A DNA stretch of 31,088 bases, from IMG/VR virus record IMGVR_UViG_3300021082_000477, positions 1-31,088 of that record, one strand, 5' to 3'. Shown here in pieces: positions 26,618 through 31,088 of the stretch. Source of the DNA: a virus (Duplodnaviria > Caudoviricetes). The first letter of the stretch is position 1, and each line of letters starts with the position of its first letter. The notes under the pieces were generated by a model. It saw only the letters and a list, made by a program, of their open reading frames with translations. It made no database searches and was not told the origin of the DNA. A program made the position numbers and the translations under genes.

Positions 26618-28121
26618 GTGCCTTTCCTTTTCTCTTGGATTCATTGATAAGTCTGTGGAACGCTTTGATTAGATAGCGTCCCCCGTCATACGGATCGTCT
26701 CCGTTAAACTCTGCAACATCCTCGATAACCTGCCCGTCCTTGTCCTCGTAAACACAAGCAGGGATGGTCTTTCGGAAGTTGACACATCGTCGACATACCT
26801 GGAGTTTCGGGATGTTTGTTTCCGAGGGCTCCGGTTGGAAGAGCTCGTAATATTCAGTCGCGGCATTTGGACCACTTCGGCGGAGGACCTCTTGAAAAGT
26901 CTCGACATTGAACCCCTCCTGTGGAATGTATGAGGGAGGCTTCTGCTTCCACCTCAACATCTCATGCATCAACATCTTGCCGCCGAGTCTGTCGTTATCT
27001 GCCTTCTCCCAGATCATGCCCGTTGCATCCATGATCTGTTCTGCGATTGAACGCTGTTCCCCTCTCTTGGCCCACGCCGATGGGTCTAGAACCTTGACAC
27101 GAATGGAATCGATCTCATGCTCAGAGATTCGCTGAACATCAGCTCCCCAATCTGCAATGTCAGCTCGCTCGGCGACGTATTCTCGATACAGGAAACATCT
27201 GGAGTCGGGAGAGACTGCACCCCATCCAACCCAAGTCTGAGCGGCATATCCCCAGTCTGCAGCGATGACGCGTGGCCACCAGAGGGGAGGCTCGAAGTCC
27301 GGGATGACGTGTGATGCATTTGATGGCTCGTCCTGAAAGTTGACCCCAGTGAAAAGGTCTCGCCACTCCGAGAATACCTGACCCGCGAAAACCCACCAAT
27401 CTCCGAGAACCTTGGCTCTGCGCTCAGCCTCTGGGAGGAGATTCAATCTCTTGATGTAACCAGGGTCCGACTTCATCAGATAAGGATTGTCAGTCAACTT
27501 AGCGGGAATGAACATCCGCTTTGTCTCTGACGCCTTATCGTAGATGATTACCCGTCCGTTTGGATTTGGCCCAACGAATCGGTCCCTGACCCAGATGTGT
27601 CCGATATTGCCGGGATTAGTTGCTCCTCGAACAATTGCAGGAACGCCTGGGATACTCGAGCGGCACCGCGATGTGATATAGATATATCTGTTGAAGTGAG
27701 GGGAATGCGGTAACGACGTGAGCTCATCAAATCCAGCGTATTGATATTCAGCTGTATCGTGATCTCTGGCATCCTGGTCAGTTTCGAGATAGGAGAATCT
27801 AATGGTTGCGCCAGACGGGAAAGTCCACACATGCTTGGTGTCGTTATAGCGTCCAGCAAGGTGCTTATAGAAACCGTGAGAGCGTGGGATAAGAGACTCT
27901 TCGAGTTGCGGGAAAGTCTTCCTGAAGATAATGCCCTGGAATCCCGGGACGTCATGCCAACCGTAAAGGATTGGGAGCATAAGGAGAAGTTCACTCTTAC
28001 CTCCCCCCGCAGCACCACCGTAAAGGGCTTCGAAGATTGAGAACGGGAGCTTAACGAACTCCGCCTGGATGTCGTGTGGCTTCCAGATTTTCTCATATCG
28101 TCCTACGACCTCTACAGGCAT
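26466..28121 (-). CDS. terL: Terminase large subunit
   Basis: Walker A YGGAAGGGKS, Walker B GFDELT, coupling motif ATNPG, RNase H-like nuclease motifs AADWGY and DDPYDGGRY. Confidence 0.95.
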   Translation of the reverse strand: MPVEVVGRYEKIWKPHDIQAEFVKLPFSIFEALYGGAAGGGKSELLLMLPILYGWHDVPGFQGIIFRKTFPQLEESLIPRSHGFYKHLAGRYNDTKHVWTFPSGATIRFSYLETDQDARDHDTAEYQYAGFDELTSLPHSPHFNRYIYITSRCRSSIPGVPAIVRGATNPGNIGHIWVRDRFVGPNPNGRVIIYDKASETKRMFIPAKLTDNPYLMKSDPGYIKRLNLLPEAERRAKVLGDWWVFAGQVFSEWRDLFTGVNFQDEPSNASHVIPDFEPPLWWPRVIAADWGYAAQTWVGWGAVSPDSRCFLYREYVAERADIADWGADVQRISEHEIDSIRVKVLDPSAWAKRGEQRSIAEQIMDATGMIWEKADNDRLGGKMLMHEMLRWKQKPPSYIPQEGFNVETFQEVLRRSGPNAATEYYELFQPEPSETNIPKLQVCRRCVNFRKTIPACVYEDKDGQVIEDVAEFNGDDPYDGGRYLIKAFHRLINESKRKGKAHDKLAEIIENLERTQDWTRYYRQMHAFEGASHGPRPVYRGRSRGVGYVAH

Positions 28122-28127
28122 TGGGTC

Positions 28128-28430
28128 CTATTCGTCCAGGTAAACAATCTCGATCGCTCTCGGCCCGACTTTCCGGTCGTCTTGCGGCGGCGGAATGATT
28201 GGACTGAACTCGATCCTATCCCCAATCGATAGGTCCTTCAATTGTTTCGTCGTCGACTTCTTGAAGGTTGAGTGATGGAAGAAGTAATCAACTCCGTCAT
28301 CCCCCGCGACGAAACCAAATCCCTTGTCAGCTCGCACCTTACGAACTCGACCACGAAGACGGGAAAGGGTATCGAGCATGGAACCTTTGATCCCAACGAG
28401 AACCGGATGGTCAGCTAATAGTGGATCCAT
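28128..28430 (-). CDS. Cold-shock domain (CspA-family OB-fold) nucleic-acid-binding protein
   Basis: RNP1 KGFGFV, RNP2 DYFFH, 'L..GDRIEF' and 'GPRA' motifs; alternative start at 28379. Confidence 0.9.
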   Translation of the reverse strand: MDPLLADHPVLVGIKGSMLDTLSRLRGRVRKVRADKGFGFVAGDDGVDYFFHHSTFKKSTTKQLKDLSIGDRIEFSPIIPPPQDDRKVGPRAIEIVYLDE

Positions 28431-29154
28431 TTGCCCCTACTTCTATGACGTCGTATGTGGATTCGTCGTTCTGCTCAGGCCGATAGATATGGAAATGAAC
28501 CCCGCCGTCGTTAAGGTTCCCATCCTTTGGCGTGACATCTTTGATGATTCCTGAAAGACTCTTGGCGACTGAGACCAGCTTGCCCACGTCCTTGATCTCG
28601 CCCAGCTTATCCTCAGTTACAAGGTCGAGAGAGCGAATCAGTTTCGAGAACGCTCGCTTCGAAACCTCCTGCCCTTGCGAGTAAATCTCATCCAGGAGGT
28701 CGTCTTTGCGATTGCCCTTCTTTTTCTCGATGGGGCCTGTGTAACCTTGAGTGAGATGAGAGAGGACTGGCTGGCTGACTCCGAACATCTGCTCGGTTGC
28801 AGTCCCGCCCAGAAGGAGCCGGGAAAGACCCAGGGAAGCATTCTCCTCAAGCGAGCGGTTTGGGATATTCTTCTTTCTCCCGGCCCGCGAGAATCCACCC
28901 GACTCGATGATCTTGTCCAGTTGAAGGAGGTCGGTGGGAGATAAAGGACTGTCTTGCTCTCTCCGAACCCCAGGTCCATTCCCACTCGATACGTCGTCCA
29001 ATCCGGAAAGAGATTCATTTGGTGCCTCAAAGACCGGAACAACAGGAGCGGGAACTGCTACAGGTTCAAGAGGAACTTCCCGATCAACTCTCGAGAGAAC
29101 GTTCCTTGGATCTTGCAGCCGCCGCTCCGATTCTTCCGGTGTCATAAAGGACAT
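28411..29154 (-). CDS. Putative terminase small subunit (247 aa)
   Basis: First gene of the late operon, two genes upstream of terL; HTH-like 'TATEQMFGVSQPVLSHL', oligomerisation helices and C-terminal beta strand 'VHFHIYRP'. Confidence 0.55.
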   Translation of the reverse strand: MSFMTPEESERRLQDPRNVLSRVDREVPLEPVAVPAPVVPVFEAPNESLSGLDDVSSGNGPGVRREQDSPLSPTDLLQLDKIIESGGFSRAGRKKNIPNRSLEENASLGLSRLLLGGTATEQMFGVSQPVLSHLTQGYTGPIEKKKGNRKDDLLDEIYSQGQEVSKRAFSKLIRSLDLVTEDKLGEIKDVGKLVSVAKSLSGIIKDVTPKDGNLNDGGVHFHIYRPEQNDESTYDVIEVGANGSTIS

Positions 29155-29238
29155 GATTACACCTATTACTAGATACGGAGATACACTTCGTCTCGTCTTG
29201 CTACTTATCGATGGACTAGCCTGAGGGCGATCTAGAAC

Positions 29239-29267
29239 AGTATACTCTCAAGGCTGATCAATTGCAA
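29239..29267 (-). promoter_or_regulatory. Sigma70-type promoter of the late operon
   Basis: Minus strand TTGCAA-17 nt-TATACT, about 85 nt upstream of ATG 29154. Confidence 0.7.
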
Positions 29268-29302
29268 GTGCCGAATTGATTAGGGATTTTGCGATTTTGA
29301 AT

Positions 29303-29319
29303 TGTTCGCGTGATGAACA
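29303..29319. promoter_or_regulatory. Palindromic site TGTTC-N7-GAACA, copy 3 (upstream of the late promoter)
   Basis: TGTTCGCGTGATGAACA. Confidence 0.65.
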
Positions 29320-29375
29320 TTAAATCCCTTCCTCATCAATACTCTAGTCGAGGGACCCATAGACCACAACCTTAT

Positions 29376-29444
29376 GATATGGGACCCTATTTCTGGGCAC
29401 ACATACTCGTTCGATAGTAATCCCCTACCCAGGATATGGGACCC
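29376..29444 (+). repeat. 12-bp direct repeat GATATGGGACCC (29376 and 29433), with a further GGGACCC at 29352
   Basis: Read directly from the sequence upstream of the late promoter. Confidence 0.6.
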
Positions 29445-29581
29445 GTGCGGAGGGGACGGGGGGAGTCTGCTGTCGGTGGGCTGGACCGTCAAACAATTGG
29501 CTGTCGGTTGGGCCTGTGGATCTGCCAAGCTAATTGTGGGGCATGTGACCTATCATGCGGCCTGGCTACGCTGGCATCATG

Positions 29582-29623
29582 GAAAGGAAAAGGCCCTGAT
29601 CACCACTTGGCAATCAGGGCCTT
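29582..29623 (-). terminator. Rho-independent terminator of the 29644..30183 gene
   Basis: 11-bp stem AAGGCCCTGAT...ATCAGGGCCTT followed by TTCCTTT on the minus strand. Confidence 0.75.
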
Positions 29624-29643
29624 CGTATTACCCGCGTGGCGAT

Positions 29644-30183
29644 CTACTTCAATTCGCCATTGAACACGTAATCGGCGGCCAGCTTGTTCTGGGCCTTCAT
29701 GCGACCAACCACGAATTCGAGTGCCTCTTGATTGGTATCGAACGTGCCGCCATCGACAAGGGCCTTCACCTGTTTGGCGATTGCCTTCTCCGGGCCTTCC
29801 AGATCCGATTCCAGCGCCGTCCGCACGTTCTGGCGCACGTTCAAGATACGACCGTAGTTGAAGTGATCGCAGGCACCCAGTTTCGCCTTCGCCTTTGCGA
29901 CCTCGACCGTGTCGTCCTTCTCCGCTTCCGATGCCGCCTCGATCTTGCCGCCCATCAAAAGGCCCATGCCGAGCGCGTCCAGAGCGTAGAGCGCGTCGAA
30001 CTCGCGTGTTTCGTCCTTCTTCGTAGGGGACACTTTGGCGCTGATCTTGATCGACTCGATCCGATGACCGAGGTGCTTGTCCACGATTGCAGCGATGACC
30101 GCTTCCGGAAGGGCCTTCACGGTTTTCTCGGGGGCCTTGCCGGTGACGATGCTTGCCGCTTGTTCCTTCTGTTCGTCTGCCAT
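29644..30183 (-). CDS. Stand-alone hypothetical protein (179 aa, MADEQKEQ...)
   Basis: GGAG ribosome-binding site before ATG 30183, own promoter and terminator, GC-rich third codon positions. Confidence 0.85.
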   Translation of the reverse strand: MADEQKEQAASIVTGKAPEKTVKALPEAVIAAIVDKHLGHRIESIKISAKVSPTKKDETREFDALYALDALGMGLLMGGKIEAASEAEKDDTVEVAKAKAKLGACDHFNYGRILNVRQNVRTALESDLEGPEKAIAKQVKALVDGGTFDTNQEALEFVVGRMKAQNKLAADYVFNGELK

Positions 30184-30237
30184 TGTGTATCTCCGTATCG
30201 TCAGAATCAAGTAGCTCAATTGCTACTTACAAGGGGA

Positions 30238-30266
30238 ATGATACGCCCATTCAATACCGTTGTCAA
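30238..30266 (-). promoter_or_regulatory. Near-consensus sigma70 promoter
   Basis: Minus strand TTGACA-17 nt-TATCAT upstream of ATG 30183. Confidence 0.8.
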
Positions 30267-30309
30267 GGCCCAAGTGCAGGATCGCCCAAAATATTTTTCA
30301 GTGTAAAAT

Positions 30310-30423
30310 TTACCCACTCCCGATACTGCTGAGCTTGATGCCGTCGGCCTCGATACCGACTGTGGCCAGCGCCAGGACCAGGAACTTGAACGTCTGGGTA
30401 TGGAAATGTCTGGGTGTGGTCAT
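30310..30423 (-). CDS. Possible 37-aa peptide (MTTPRHFHTQTFKFLVLALATVGIEADGIKLSSIGSG)
   Basis: AGGA before the ATG; GC-rich third positions in an otherwise AT-richer non-coding region. Confidence 0.4.
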   Translation of the reverse strand: MTTPRHFHTQTFKFLVLALATVGIEADGIKLSSIGSG

Positions 30424-30727
30424 ATATCCTAGTATTTTATCGATCACCGTGCGTATAGTATAGTGTGCGACATAGGCCCTAGAACAAATTGTAAGGCCCA
30501 TAGATCAATTCGATACCCTACCACTTGCAAGCTAGTATAGGCCAAACGATCGCCCCGTAGATCATTTTTAAACGCGCTGAACATTTATAGGACATTCTAG
30601 CCTTGGTTGACTGGAAAGAGCTCTATTTGTCCTGTCTGGGTCTGTAGTCTATGAACTACTATCGAAAAAAACCTGTGGAAAACTCGCTGAACATTATTCT
30701 AGACACGATCCATGCCAGATTTCCTAA

Positions 30728-30744
30728 TGTTCGCGCGATGAACA
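30728..30744. promoter_or_regulatory. Palindromic site TGTTC-N7-GAACA, copy 4 (terminal non-coding region)
   Basis: TGTTCGCGCGATGAACA. Confidence 0.65.
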
Positions 30745-31088
30745 ATAGGCTAAAACCCCAATGACGCAATTCCTGGTCCAAGTCTCCTCGACATTTACTA
30801 TTCGATTACATATCGCCTACCTATCTTCTACTGATCTATCTCTTTTCGTTCTCTGATTCATACCCTGATCGTTTCACATAGACCTAGATCCGCAAGATCA
30901 TTAGCATTTTCGCAAATAATGCCCAGATCAGAATCAAAACCTATCCCCTTATAGACCAGGATCCCCCCCCCTCCCCACCTCCCGTTGAACATTAGGTAAG
31001 GATAGTATAGGGTTGATAGGTCTTGTTGTTCTTTATTGATTTTTTTTTTTAACAATCAGAAGAGACACGAAAACCACAACTATCCTAG

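Larger units (their letters stand above)
29172..30199. repeat. 15-bp perfect inverted repeat pair (29172-29186 and 30185-30199)
   Basis: GATACGGAGATACAC at 29172 and its reverse complement GTGTATCTCCGTATC at 30185. Confidence 0.6.
1..31088. mobile_element. Tailed dsDNA bacteriophage (podovirus-like) genome segment: packaging, head, short tail and ejection modules plus the end of a replication arm
   Basis: TerL with ATPase and nuclease motifs; portal-scaffold-capsid order; no tape measure or sheath gene, but three ejection-type proteins; dense coupled ORFs; no host genes. Confidence 0.93.

Noticed and set aside
29303-29319. Calling the palindrome a canonical parS or LexA box
   Set aside because: Spacing (N7, 17 bp) matches neither the 16-bp parS nor the LexA boxes I know; left unassigned
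29374-30306. 310-aa plus-strand ORF
   Set aside because: Antisense to a GC3-rich real gene and runs across its terminator and promoter
1-31088. Stop-codon reassignment
   Set aside because: Genes are full length under code 11, and TAA, TAG and TGA all end genes at coupled junctions
1-31088. CRISPR array, diversity-generating retroelement, tRNA, intron or intein
   Set aside because: No regularly spaced repeats, reverse transcriptase, template/variable repeat pair or cloverleaf seen; TerL is of normal length. This was by eye only

Overview
The whole window looks like part of a tailed dsDNA phage with podovirus/P22-like gene organisation. No host housekeeping genes, tRNAs, CRISPR array or integrase are visible. 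A single ~28 kb late operon on the minus strand runs from a sigma70-like promoter (~29.25 kb) in this order: putative TerS, cold-shock-domain protein, TerL, coiled-coil protein, portal, four signal-peptide proteins, scaffold, major capsid protein, decoration protein, head-tail connector, tail nozzle, fibre proteins, GNAT-like protein, three ejection proteins and a small membrane protein. It converges at ~1.1 kb with the end of a plus-strand replication-type block (partial DUF3987-like gene plus small ORFs). The main unusual feature is a translationally coupled cassette between portal and scaffold encoding four Sec-exported proteins, each with an even number of cysteines in the mature chain (8, 4, 18, 2). 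These could be virion appendages folded in the periplasm. Also notable are a dispersed 17-bp palindrome (TGTTC-N7-GAACA: four exact copies and one near copy), a 15-bp inverted repeat linking the late-operon leader to the ribosome-binding site of the upstream gene, a cold-shock-domain gene between terS and terL, and a Zn-finger insertion in the portal. All functional calls come from motifs and synteny read by eye; no database searches were run.
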